Shown in pieces: positions 1-11,139 of a stretch of DNA of 64,000 nt. Both the position numbers and the translations under genes were made by a program. Position 1 is the stretch's first letter. Each line of letters begins with the position of its first letter. Origin of the DNA: Daphnia carinata (taxonomy: Eukaryota); NCBI RefSeq assembly GCF_022539665.2, contig NC_081331.1, forward strand, positions 11,160,001-11,224,000. Reading direction: 5' to 3'. The notes under the pieces were generated by a model. That model was given only the letters and a program-made list of their open reading frames with translations, was not told the DNA's origin and searched no databases.

Positions 1-2167
1 TGGCTGGAGGAACAATTGAAAAATGGATAAGATAATACAACAAAAGGATGATAAGTATAAACATTATTCTATTTGTTTTGAATTATTAATTATTGTTTAT
101 TAGATCAAATTATGGACCTGCAGGCTCAATTATTGCAACAGCACAAAATATTAGATAACAGCAAAGCTAAGGATGGTAAGGCCTAATACATAATGATTCT
201 ATTTATTTGCTTTTATTGATTTGTGTTTTGTAGCTCAAAGTTTGAGTCTACAAGCTCAGCTAGGGGAAAAGAACAAATTGGAACGGAACAGTTTCCAAAC
301 AGTGAAGGAGGTTTTTCCAAACTCAAACCTGACTGAACATGAGGATGAATTGGCATTAGGCGAACACAGTCAGGTACCTAAACTTTTCAAATAAGAATTC
401 AAAATAAGTATAGAATTTTAACAAACAATTATTTATTGTTTAGTTATTCAGTCTACCACCTGACAGTGTGTTAAATTTAAATTCTGTTAGTGCTGCACAA
501 AAAGAATCGTTAGTAATCAGCCCATGCAGTGAAGGAAGTGAACAATTGTGGGACCGTATTTGGGCCAAAAATGGGTGTGGTATGGAAACCAAGATATGGC
601 ACAAGTTCAACATGAAACATGGATTAGGTACTTTTCGGTTTTATGTCTATTGAAAAAGTATTTTTAATGCTATTATTTTGCATTCACAGTATTTAATGGG
701 GGATCAAATCAAGTCTGGAAGTGTTACAGGATGGAAGAGTCAGCCTACAGATGAAAAAACACTGAGAGTGCATTACCATTAAGGTATGAGGTAAAGTAAT
801 AGAGTATGCAAATTGTCTAATGAGAAGTACCATCTTGTGTTAATGAATCCAGTACAACAGCAATCCTTTATAGTTCTGTCACAGCTAGAAACCTCAAATA
901 ATTCTGCTTCTCTGTCTAAAGAACAACTTGTCCTTTACGTTCAGAGTGTTGGGGAAACTGGGTACTTAAATGGCCCTAAAGATGTTTTAATTTTGCTGCC
1001 ATTGCAGAGATGAACATCATACATGGACTCTTTAGGTATGAAAGGATTTTTCTTCAAATAATTTTGAATTTATGACGAAGCATTTCTCCTCCTTTTTGCC
1101 AACCAGGTCTAATCTACCAAAAAAAATTTTATCCAAAAGGAAAGGATTTTCATGTACTGGGAACACAACTATCAACAATGCAACATTGTACAGGTGCTAG
1201 TTTATCATTCAAGAGCCTTATACAATGATGTTAATCTGCAATTTGTATGTCCTTCCCCAAGCTTCCACCAGAAGTTGAATCTGAGTCATGTAAGTTACAT
1301 GATCAACAGTTGATATGTTTAACGGTGTTGTTTTTCTTTTCTCAATATAGGTTAATAGTAACATTGCATCTGAAAAAATTCTTGGTTGGGGCAAGACACT
1401 GAATAAATTGTATTGATTGGATGGATGACATGACATTTCTATACTTAATTCGGATTCCCCAGACGGTATTTGATATTAAAAAAATTGAAGTGCATATCTG
1501 GGCTCCCTTCTTTTCTGAAGCCCCGTTTCCCCTTGACTCGTAATAAGCCCGTAGGGGGTCATGCCCCTACTGTACGGTATATATAAAAATAACATATACC
1601 GAGGTTTGGAGGGCTCTGGCCGGAAAGGGGACGTGGGGTGCCGCTTAGTCCGATGATGTGTTCACGGAGGGCGATGTGGCTACCCACAAATCCGAACTAA
1701 AGGTTAATCGCTCCTGTAAAAATGTTCCAAATCTTCAGCTCTTCTTCCGGCTTCTCTTAGCCAATCACCGGGTAATCTCCCCGGTGGGTCAACAAGGCAG
1801 TGTCTCCCCCTGCCTGGGTTGACGGCAACTTTTGAAAGGGCTATTGTGCCTTTTTAAAGTTGCAAAAATAATTGTAATGTGCAGAGAATTGTCAATAAAA
1901 TTTTTTTATAAAATATTTTTTGCAAAATTTGTTTCTTTCATTGTCTGTGTTAGCTGTGTTCACACATTACATTTATCAACTTTTTTTTTTTTGTTTTGCT
2001 TTATTTATTTTTGTGACCTGTGATGGTAAGCATTGTTTCCATTGGTTTATCGTTTATCTGTAAGCATTCAATTATTATCCAGGGATCGAACCCTGGATGT
2101 TCGGCGTACCGCGCCGATGCTCTACCAGTGAGCCATGAATCATATGATGACAAGTTGGCTTTTTTCT
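1..2167 (+). mobile_element. Partial copy of the type-A arm of the inverted-repeat element (5' end outside the window; truncated just after the first tRNA-like cassette)
   Basis: Appears identical to 7353-9519 (offset 7352; ORF-track peptides identical). Homologous to 50298-52330 and, in reverse, to 52790-54938. Identity with the 7353 copy stops at ~2168. Confidence 0.85.
2079..2135 (-). pseudogene. tRNA-derived cassette 1 (A box, D arm, anticodon arm with GGT, B box; no acceptor stem)
   Basis: Reverse complement TGGCTCACTGGTAGAGC-A-TCGGC-GCGGTAC-GCCGA-ACATC-CAGGGTTCGATCCCTGG. Confidence 0.75.
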
Positions 2168-3214
2168 GGAGAACGTTACATTAGTAAGTAAATTCTTCTT
2201 CCTGTTTCACTCTGTAATTGTTTTTTGGAGACATATGGCCACATTGGAATCTCACGTTTAGGACTGTGTTCAGTTCTAGTAGGTGAAAATCCTGATATAG
2301 ATCTTTGAATTCCGTCGCAATACTCCTTTAGACAATCGTTTTTCCGAAGGAGCATCACACACATCCTAATTGAATAGGTTAATATCTCCTCAACTAATGT
2401 ATAAATGTTTTCATCTGATCCCTAAACTTTTTCTCGACTTCACGGACACCGAGATACAGTTGTATCTGTATAGTACCTTTGTGACGTTGTTGATTTTCTA
2501 GAATACATCTGTTGACCCATAGGTAATCTTTTCCTTTAACGTAAAAAAGTTTTAACGTAAAATTTTTTTACTCCCGGTCAAACTAGGATCATCACGTTCA
2601 ATTTCGACAAATTCAGTACAAAAAAAAAGACGAGGCTATAGTTTTAAGTTGTCACTTGACTGCCGTGTTTCCGATCAGAGTCGATTCATAGGGGAAGAAG
2701 AAGCCCTTCGACCAGCAAGCGGAGATGTGTTAAGTGAACCACCGAGTCCTGTACTGTTCGTCCCAAAACCACGTATAAAACTCCTGAAGGAGCGACTGTG
2801 ACTGTCAGCTGGCGATGTGTCACTGCAAGCAGATGCAGATTCAATTAGATACCTTTTTTATGATCACATTCGAATGTTCGAGGTGTAGAGGTAAGTGAAA
2901 TAAGGCTTACTTACACAGGAATGAGATAAAATTCATCTATCAGATCAAGACCAGGAGGCAAAGTATCTGATGAAAGTATGTTAGCACTGCAGGACTCACG
3001 AGAATCGCAAACATTTGATCTGGCCAACTTCGACTTCAGTTGATCATTTTCAGCTTGCAGGCGAGTAACGCGCGCTGCCTCTTCATGGTATGTAGTCAGT
3101 TTTGGCTGAGGTAAGCACTAAAATGTGATGACATAATAATAATGTCTATGTATTAAATATTTAAATAAAGTGGATCTTAGCGCTAGATTACCTGGAAGGA
3201 AATAGCTAATAAAT

Positions 3215-3650
3215 TATGCAAAGAAATTAGCATTGTGTCCTGCCATTGTCGAGTAAAATAAACCATGTATGTGGGATTTTCTTCTGGATTTTTTATGAAA
3301 GGTAAGGCTATAACCAAACAAGACATTAGTCAAGGCTAAAAACACAGGCTTTGTTTATAACCAACCAAACCAGTCTTTCCATTCAAGTTGATGTTGTAAT
3401 TCATAACCAAGTTTTTCAAAAAACTCATGGATTTTCTCTTGTTTACCATTGACACATGCATTAATTAGATACATTCGCAACAGTGAATTCTCCATTTTCT
3501 TAATGGCTTGGCAAAAAAAAAAACCATAGTTATTAAATTAAGAGCAGGAAAAGTTTGGAAATCAAACCTGGCATGAAATTCTGGTCCAGTCGTTCAAACA
3601 CAGACTGGTCAAAATGATTCCAATAATCTTTAAGCCCATGCAAGTCATAC
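3215..3650 (+). pseudogene. Possible highly decayed Crypton-type tyrosine recombinase fragment
   Basis: Fragments in the expected order across frames: ALCPAIV, SGFFMK, FVYNQP, ITKFFKKLM, H*LDTFAT..FSNGL, QTQTGQND..NL. Many stops and frameshifts; judged by eye only. Confidence 0.3.
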
Positions 3651-4000
3651 AAGGTAATATAGTGAACAAATTGCTCGACTATTTTATCTGGCTAAGCAAA
3701 ACGAGAAACAAGATTAATCTGACAATTAAGATTAATTTAAAACAACGATTTCTTTCTATCAGCTTACCCGAAAAGCCTTATCTTTTTCAGATTTCACCTC
3801 TGTATCTAGAGCACGTACAGTTGATGTGAAACCCCTGAACAAGAGGTATTCTTTTACCAATTCATCCATTTGCTGAACGCACGACATTTTTCATTACTCC
3901 TACAAAACATCGAACATAAACATTTGGTTTCTGACATCTTACGGCAACAATAAGCGCAGTGCGTGTAAACTGTGGAAATACGAAGAGGAAGGATAAAATG

Positions 4001-6520
4001 TATGGCAATCCGTTTTACCAAAACAAAACAAAAAAAAATATCGCATTTTTTTTTCTTTTTTCTCCCTTAGCCATCTACGTCGTCTTGGTAACTACATAAA
4101 TTCGTAATGGTAGCAGCTAGTTAGGACGACGGCAGCTAGCACACACACACAGACAGCAGCAGTTAATAGTTATGGATAGGCTTGACGGTACTGGCGCGCT
4201 AGCATTCTGTCAAATATTCGGTGTAATTTTGTTGTTTGATACTTCAACACATTAAAATAATTCGAAAAAATCCTACATATTGAATCGAATATCTCTTTTA
4301 TTATCAGGTTTCATTATTTTATTAACCTAGATACTCGTTCATGAAATGTAAATTAAATTCGATGACAGCTGAAGAATCGCAACATCAAATTCTTGTATGT
4401 CATACATTTCGTAACGTTCATCCCTCTTCAAGAACTCATAAAAGTGTTTTTGAATTTTTTTTTATTGATTTTCAGGCAATGATTGAAAAAGTCAATAACT
4501 CATCAATGACCACACAAGTTTACGCGAGTGGCGAATTCCTGTTTGGATTTGGGTTTCCCATGCCGCAGAAGAAGGGGAAAGAGTAAACTGGCAACAATGT
4601 AGATCTAAACTCCTTCTCCTGGGTTTTGGCACACAGCAGTCCGAACTTTCTTATTTTGTTACGTTTCCTTCATTAAATAACTAATTGTCGGATTCGCATT
4701 TTACCGTCAATTAGCTTTCACTATTCCTTTTGGTATGTACCAAACAGTGTAAGACAAGGAACTTAAAGGTTGGTGTGCAACAGAGGTTAAAACATTTTGA
4801 AGCATATTGTTTGGATATCTTAAGTGATAGTGATGGGAGCTCCGTTATTTTATTCAGATTCGTAACATCATCAGTTTAATAAATTTTTAAAAGGCTACAT
4901 TCAATTTCTGTAAGAGTGTTCAATGGGAAATACTTCATTTTATGTTTCACTAGGAAAAAAGATGGAAGACTTGTAAATGAAATGCCAAAGTGCTCTCTTG
5001 CAATGCCAAGTAAACCATGAATTGACAGTTCCATGTTAAATTTAATCTATACTTCAACCTTAAACAAACAAATTGTTTTAATCTGTTCAGGTTTCAAGAA
5101 TTAACGTGCTCAACCACATTGCTCTACTGTAAAATGACCAGATACTGCTTTGGTTGCCCATGCCAGTATTTCTCTAGTAAAACACTCTTATGTGAGCTTA
5201 ACGTAAAATTAATCAGCAAAATGTTTTATTACGACACATTTTCTTTCTTTTCATAGCTGAATGGTTGTAGTGAATTTGAAAAGGATTCTCATTGCGGCCA
5301 GCCATCCCAGATTTAAGAAAGGTTGGCAGCAAAGGTGTCAATTTTCATGATTCGTCAATCACATTCCAAGTTGAGGTAGGGGTGTGTTTCTTATTAAATT
5401 TATATTGACTTGATGATGAGTGAAATGATTGCCTAATTACAAATGGCAGCTTGTCTGCAAGTTTACTTTAAACATAACACTTTCACGTACATTTGACACA
5501 GCCAATATTATCCTTATTTGTTCTTAGTTTGCTATTTGGTTGTCTAATTGGAATTTTAGTTTTTGAATGAGATTCAGGGTTGATGTTGCCGGTGTTACAT
5601 TAAAGGATTAAGTTCTTATTCACTAACATTTCAAGGACCAATGTCTTCTTAAAATTTACTTGTAAGTAAAAATGAAGCTTTTATATAATTATGTATTATC
5701 TATGTAACTCTTTCCTATTCAATAGGAAAGGATTTAGTTCATTCTGTGAACATATCTACCAACGATGCAAGCTCCGATGGGACGTATCGTATATTGTGCG
5801 TGTATATATCAAGTCTGTTATGATTTGCAGTATCTCTTCCGAAGCTTCTCTCAGAAGAATATGCTAAGCAATCAACTCACGAATCATATAAGGTACGAAA
5901 TATATATATGAAATCAAGAATTTTTATGCTTAATGGAGTTTTATTGTCTTTTTGTAGAATAATAATAAATTTTAATCTGAAAAGGTTCCTTGTTTGGGGC
6001 AAGGTACTGAATAAAGTATTATGATTGGATACACTACATGGAATTTCCATACTTTATTCACGTTCTCATTTAAAACCGGTATTTAATATTTAAAAAATTC
6101 AAGTGCATATCTGGGCTCCCTTCCTTTCCGTAGCCCCGTTTCCCCTTGACTCATAATAAGCCCGTAGGGGGTCATGCCCCTACTGTACGGTATATATAAA
6201 AAAAACATACACCGAGGTTTGGAGGGCTCTGGCCGGAAAGGGGACGTGGGGGTCCGCTTAGTCCGATGAAGTGTTCATGGAGGGCTCTGTGGCTACCCAC
6301 AAATCCGAATTAAAGGTTAATCGCTCCTGTAAAAATGTTCCATTTCTTCGGCTCTTCTTCCGGCTTCTCTTAGCCAAGCACCGGGTAATCTCCCCGGTGG
6401 GTCAACCAAGGCAGTGTCTCCCCCTGCCTTGGTTGGCGGCAACTTTTGAAAGGGTTGTTTTCCCTTTCGAAAGTTGCAAAATCATTTACGTGTGCAGAGT
6501 AATGTCAATACAATTTTTTT
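4001..6520 (+). mobile_element. Solo type-B arm: same terminus and GC-rich module, different interior
   Basis: Starts TATGGCAATCCGTTTTACC + poly(A) + TCGCATTTT + TAGCCATCTA. Ends in a diverged GC-rich module (~6085-6520). The interior has short intron-like GT..AG segments and a last-exon peptide IIINFNLKRFLVW resembling type-A LIVTLHLKKFLVG. Confidence 0.7.
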
Positions 6521-6544
6521 TATTTAAAAAAAAGCAAGCATATA

Positions 6545-7045
6545 TCTTTTTTACTTTTGTCAAAATCGGAAAAAATCGAAATCTCTCGGATTGCGAAGAA
6601 AATCCCACCGTATAACCCAATTTTAACGCTGATTCAGAAAAAGCCATTTGTTTTTATCTCATGTAAGCCGTTTTTGAAATAATCGTCATTTAAAGATAAA
6701 GTCGGGCTTATTTTTTTAGACCCAACTTCCCCGTTTTTTACGTTTTATTCAAAAACTATGAGTCCCACGAGAAAACAACTCTCATATTCGTGATGCTTGT
6801 TCAATTCTGCATCGAAACCATGTATTTAAAGCGAAATCTAAAATTTTGCCAAAATTGAATAAGTAAGAAGGCCTTCTCACTTTTCCAATTTTCTTCAAAT
6901 CCTAGATTTCAAGAAAAATACACTATTCCGATTTGAAATTGATCGCTGATCACAAAAATGGGGCATATTTTTATATCAGGCCTCTAGTTTTTAAATTAAC
7001 CGTAAAAAACAGAAAGTCGGGCTTATTTAGTCGGGCTTAAAATTT
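6545..7045 (+). repeat. AT-rich dispersed repeat with internal subrepeats (TTTTGTCAAAATCGG.., AACGCTGA.., GTCGGGCTTA)
   Basis: The same motifs recur in the same orientation at 49230-50110 and 55123-55860. Confidence 0.7.
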
Positions 7046-7149
7046 TTATCGGTCAGTGTATGTAGAGAATTAATTAGAAACGTGACCGTTAGATGGCGAT
7101 AGCAGTAAAACAGAAAAAAAAGGCCCATATTTTTTATTTTTATTTTGGG

Positions 7150-7199
7150 TAAAACGGATTGCATATATGGCAATCCGTTTTATATGGCAATCCGTTTTA
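7150..7199. other. End-to-end junction of element termini: 13 bp inverted repeats around a 7 bp spacer, plus a third 13-mer
   Basis: TAAAACGGATTGC-ATATATG-GCAATCCGTTTTA-TATG-GCAATCCGTTTTA read directly. Confidence 0.8.
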
Positions 7200-9430
7200 C
7201 ATAAAAAAAAAAAAAATAAAAAATCGCACTTTTTTCTTTTTTTCCGACACGTAGCCATCTACCGCTCAGACTCATTATTACTGGCGTAGGCAATTTCAGT
7301 CCATTGGATGCCATTCGCAGTTAGTTCAGTAGCGTGGATGGAGGATAACGCGTGGCTGGAGGAACAATTGAAAAATGGATAAGATAATACAACAAAAGGA
7401 TGATAAGTATAAACATTATTCTATTTGTTTTGAATTATTAATTATTGTTTATTAGATCAAATTATGGACCTGCAGGCTCAATTATTGCAACAGCACAAAA
7501 TATTAGATAACAGCAAAGCTAAGGATGGTAAGGCCTAATACATAATGATTCTATTTATTTGCTTTTATTGATTTGTGTTTTGTAGCTCAAAGTTTGAGTC
7601 TACAAGCTCAGCTAGGGGAAAAGAACAAATTGGAACGGAACAGTTTCCAAACAGTGAAGGAGGTTTTTCCAAACTCAAACCTGACTGAACATGAGGATGA
7701 ATTGGCATTAGGCGAACACAGTCAGGTACCTAAACTTTTCAAATAAGAATTCAAAATAAGTATAGAATTTTAACAAACAATTATTTATTGTTTAGTTATT
7801 CAGTCTACCACCTGACAGTGTGTTAAATTTAAATTCTGTTAGTGCTGCACAAAAAGAATCGTTAGTAATCAGCCCATGCAGTGAAGGAAGTGAACAATTG
7901 TGGGACCGTATTTGGGCCAAAAATGGGTGTGGTATGGAAACCAAGATATGGCACAAGTTCAACATGAAACATGGATTAGGTACTTTTCGGTTTTATGTCT
8001 ATTGAAAAAGTATTTTTAATGCTATTATTTTGCATTCACAGTATTTAATGGGGGATCAAATCAAGTCTGGAAGTGTTACAGGATGGAAGAGTCAGCCTAC
8101 AGATGAAAAAACACTGAGAGTGCATTACCATTAAGGTATGAGGTAAAGTAATAGAGTATGCAAATTGTCTAATGAGAAGTACCATCTTGTGTTAATGAAT
8201 CCAGTACAACAGCAATCCTTTATAGTTCTGTCACAGCTAGAAACCTCAAATAATTCTGCTTCTCTGTCTAAAGAACAACTTGTCCTTTACGTTCAGAGTG
8301 TTGGGGAAACTGGGTACTTAAATGGCCCTAAAGATGTTTTAATTTTGCTGCCATTGCAGAGATGAACATCATACATGGACTCTTTAGGTATGAAAGGATT
8401 TTTCTTCAAATAATTTTGAATTTATGACGAAGCATTTCTCCTCCTTTTTGCCAACCAGGTCTAATCTACCAAAAAAAATTTTATCCAAAAGGAAAGGATT
8501 TTCATGTACTGGGAACACAACTATCAACAATGCAACATTGTACAGGTGCTAGTTTATCATTCAAGAGCCTTATACAATGATGTTAATCTGCAATTTGTAT
8601 GTCCTTCCCCAAGCTTCCACCAGAAGTTGAATCTGAGTCATGTAAGTTACATGATCAACAGTTGATATGTTTAACGGTGTTGTTTTTCTTTTCTCAATAT
8701 AGGTTAATAGTAACATTGCATCTGAAAAAATTCTTGGTTGGGGCAAGACACTGAATAAATTGTATTGATTGGATGGATGACATGACATTTCTATACTTAA
8801 TTCGGATTCCCCAGACGGTATTTGATATTAAAAAAATTGAAGTGCATATCTGGGCTCCCTTCTTTTCTGAAGCCCCGTTTCCCCTTGACTCGTAATAAGC
8901 CCGTAGGGGGTCATGCCCCTACTGTACGGTATATATAAAAATAACATATACCGAGGTTTGGAGGGCTCTGGCCGGAAAGGGGACGTGGGGTGCCGCTTAG
9001 TCCGATGATGTGTTCACGGAGGGCGATGTGGCTACCCACAAATCCGAACTAAAGGTTAATCGCTCCTGTAAAAATGTTCCAAATCTTCAGCTCTTCTTCC
9101 GGCTTCTCTTAGCCAATCACCGGGTAATCTCCCCGGTGGGTCAACAAGGCAGTGTCTCCCCCTGCCTGGGTTGACGGCAACTTTTGAAAGGGCTATTGTG
9201 CCTTTTTAAAGTTGCAAAAATAATTGTAATGTGCAGAGAATTGTCAATAAAATTTTTTTATAAAATATTTTTTGCAAAATTTGTTTCTTTCATTGTCTGT
9301 GTTAGCTGTGTTCACACATTACATTTATCAACTTTTTTTTTTTTGTTTTGCTTTATTTATTTTTGTGACCTGTGATGGTAAGCATTGTTTCCATTGGTTT
9401 ATCGTTTATCTGTAAGCATTCAATTATTAT

Positions 9431-9487
9431 CCAGGGATCGAACCCTGGATGTTCGGCGTACCGCGCCGATGCTCTACCAGTGAGCCA
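9431..9487 (-). pseudogene. tRNA-derived cassette 1 (GGT anticodon loop)
   Basis: Identical to 2079-2135; A box TGGCTCACTGG, B box GGTTCGATCCC. Confidence 0.75.
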
Positions 9488-9610
9488 TGAATCATATGAT
9501 GACAAGTTGGCTTTTTTCTAGTCACTTGTGGACTTGCATTTACACTTAGAATAAAACTGAAATGCAATTCTGCAACATACTCTTCTACCTTTATTCTACT
9601 TCATTTTAAC

Positions 9611-9681
9611 ACATCTAGTAAGGTTTGAACCCAGGGTAACAGTTATCGCAGCTGAATGCTCTACCACAGAGCTATGGACAT
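9611..9681 (-). pseudogene. tRNA-derived cassette 2 (degenerate)
   Basis: Reverse complement ATGTCCA-TAGCTCTGTGGTAGAGC...CTGGGTTCAAACCTTAC-TAGATGT. A and B boxes and a partial acceptor stem are present; the anticodon arm is poorly paired. Confidence 0.6.
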
Positions 9682-9784
9682 TATAAAAGCAATACAAAGA
9701 TAAACATATAGTTGTGAAAGACTGCATAAACATCCTAGACGATAACATATGATATGCGATAATAAAAATTTTATATATATCTCG

Positions 9785-9840
9785 TGGCTCAATGTTAGAG
9801 CATCGGCGTTGCACGCTGAATGTCTGAGGATCGATTCCCA
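9785..9840 (+). pseudogene. tRNA-derived cassette 3 (TGC, Ala-like anticodon loop)
   Basis: TGGCTCAATGTTAGAGC-A-TCGGC-GTTGCAC-GCTGA-ATGTCTGAGGATCGATTCCCA; B-box variant GGATCGATTCC. Confidence 0.7.
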
Positions 9841-11139
9841 TGCCAGTAAAACAATATACAAATAAAAAATTACTTCAGAAAATATCAAGGTATTACACGT
9901 TGTTCCTTGTCTAAGTTCATGAATTCAAAAAGTGTAATAAATAATAATTGAATACTTACAGATAAACGATACAACGGTGGCAAAAACAATAAAATTGAAT
10001 TGCGCTAGCTGAATAAAAAAAAAAGTTGATAAATGTAATGTGTGAACACAGACAATGAAAAAAAACAAATTTTGCAAAAATATTTTATAAAAAAAAAATT
10101 ATTGACAATTCTCTGCACATTACAATTATTTTTGCAACTTTAAAAAGGCACAATAGCCCTTTCAAAAGTTGCCGTCAACCCAGGCAGGGGAGACACTGCC
10201 TTGTTGACCCACCGGGGAGATTACCGGTGATTGGCTAAGAGAAGCCGGAAGAAGAGCTGAAGATTTGGAACATTTTTACAGGAGCGATTAACCTTTAGTT
10301 CGGATTTGTGGGTAGCCACATCGCCCTCCGTGAACACATCATCGGACTAAGCGGCACCCCACGTCCCCTTTCCGGCCAGAGCCCTCCAAACCTCGGTATA
10401 TGTTGTTTTTATATATACCGTACAGTAGGGGCATGACCCCCTACGGGCTTATTACGAGTCAAGGGGAAACGGGGCTACGGAAAGGAAGGGAGCCCAGATA
10501 TGCACTTCAATTTTTAAATAATTAATACCGTAATACGCGGGAATACACAGGCGACTGATGGAGGGAAATTCAATTCCGTACTTCAAATTATTATAACTTT
10601 TCGTTATCACATCCCAACCAGAAACCTTCGCAGGTTCACTATTGCTATTAATCTAAATTAAGAAAATAAAACATAGATAAGCATGAGACGTTCTTATTGA
10701 TATCGCTTACATGGTACATAAATTCATCATCTGCCATATTCCTGTAGATTCCTGGCAGGAGGTTCTAAAAGGCTATGCAGTTGCAAATGATCACCATAGC
10801 CAAAACTTGAATACGAAAGTTTTGGGAGAACCTTTCGTGTTGGCCACAGAGACCTTACATGGGCTTTCCGATTGGACGTTCCATGCACCTTAAAAAAAAA
10901 AAAAAGAAAGGTTACATAGTGGTTGTTTTGATCACTAAACGTGAAGGTAAAGAAGGTACATGGTCTCGGCAGTCTTGACGACAATTTCCATTATAACCTC
11001 ATATCACCTCATTTTATGGGAAAAGAATTTCGTAGGCGACGGTTCAGAATAGAAAATGGTTGCATTCAAATCTTTTGGCAGGTGGGAATAAGGCATGTCG
11101 CCTTAGGGAGTGCAAACCGCGATTTTCAAAACTATTAAA

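Noticed and set aside
1640..1705. Hammerhead or HDV ribozyme in the GC module (CCGATGA...CGAA)
   Set aside because: The core is CCGATGA rather than CTGANGA, there is no correctly placed GAAA, and I could not build the required stems.
468..2023. Short ORFs in arm A (and their copies at 7820-9375 and 53505-54474) as genuine CDS
   Set aside because: They cross intron-like segments, are disrupted in the A' arm and have no recognisable domain. They recur only because the DNA is repeated.
2176..3110. Minus-strand coding-like fragments
   Set aside because: Ser-rich and coiled-coil-like pieces with stops; no assignable family or gene model.
7150..7200. CRISPR-like or prokaryotic repeat array
   Set aside because: Only 2-3 abutting TE termini with no spacers; the window is eukaryotic.
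9431..9840. Functional tRNA genes (Thr-GGT, Ala-TGC)
   Set aside because: Cassettes 1 and 3 lack acceptor stems and have irregular T arms; cassette 2 lacks a proper anticodon arm.
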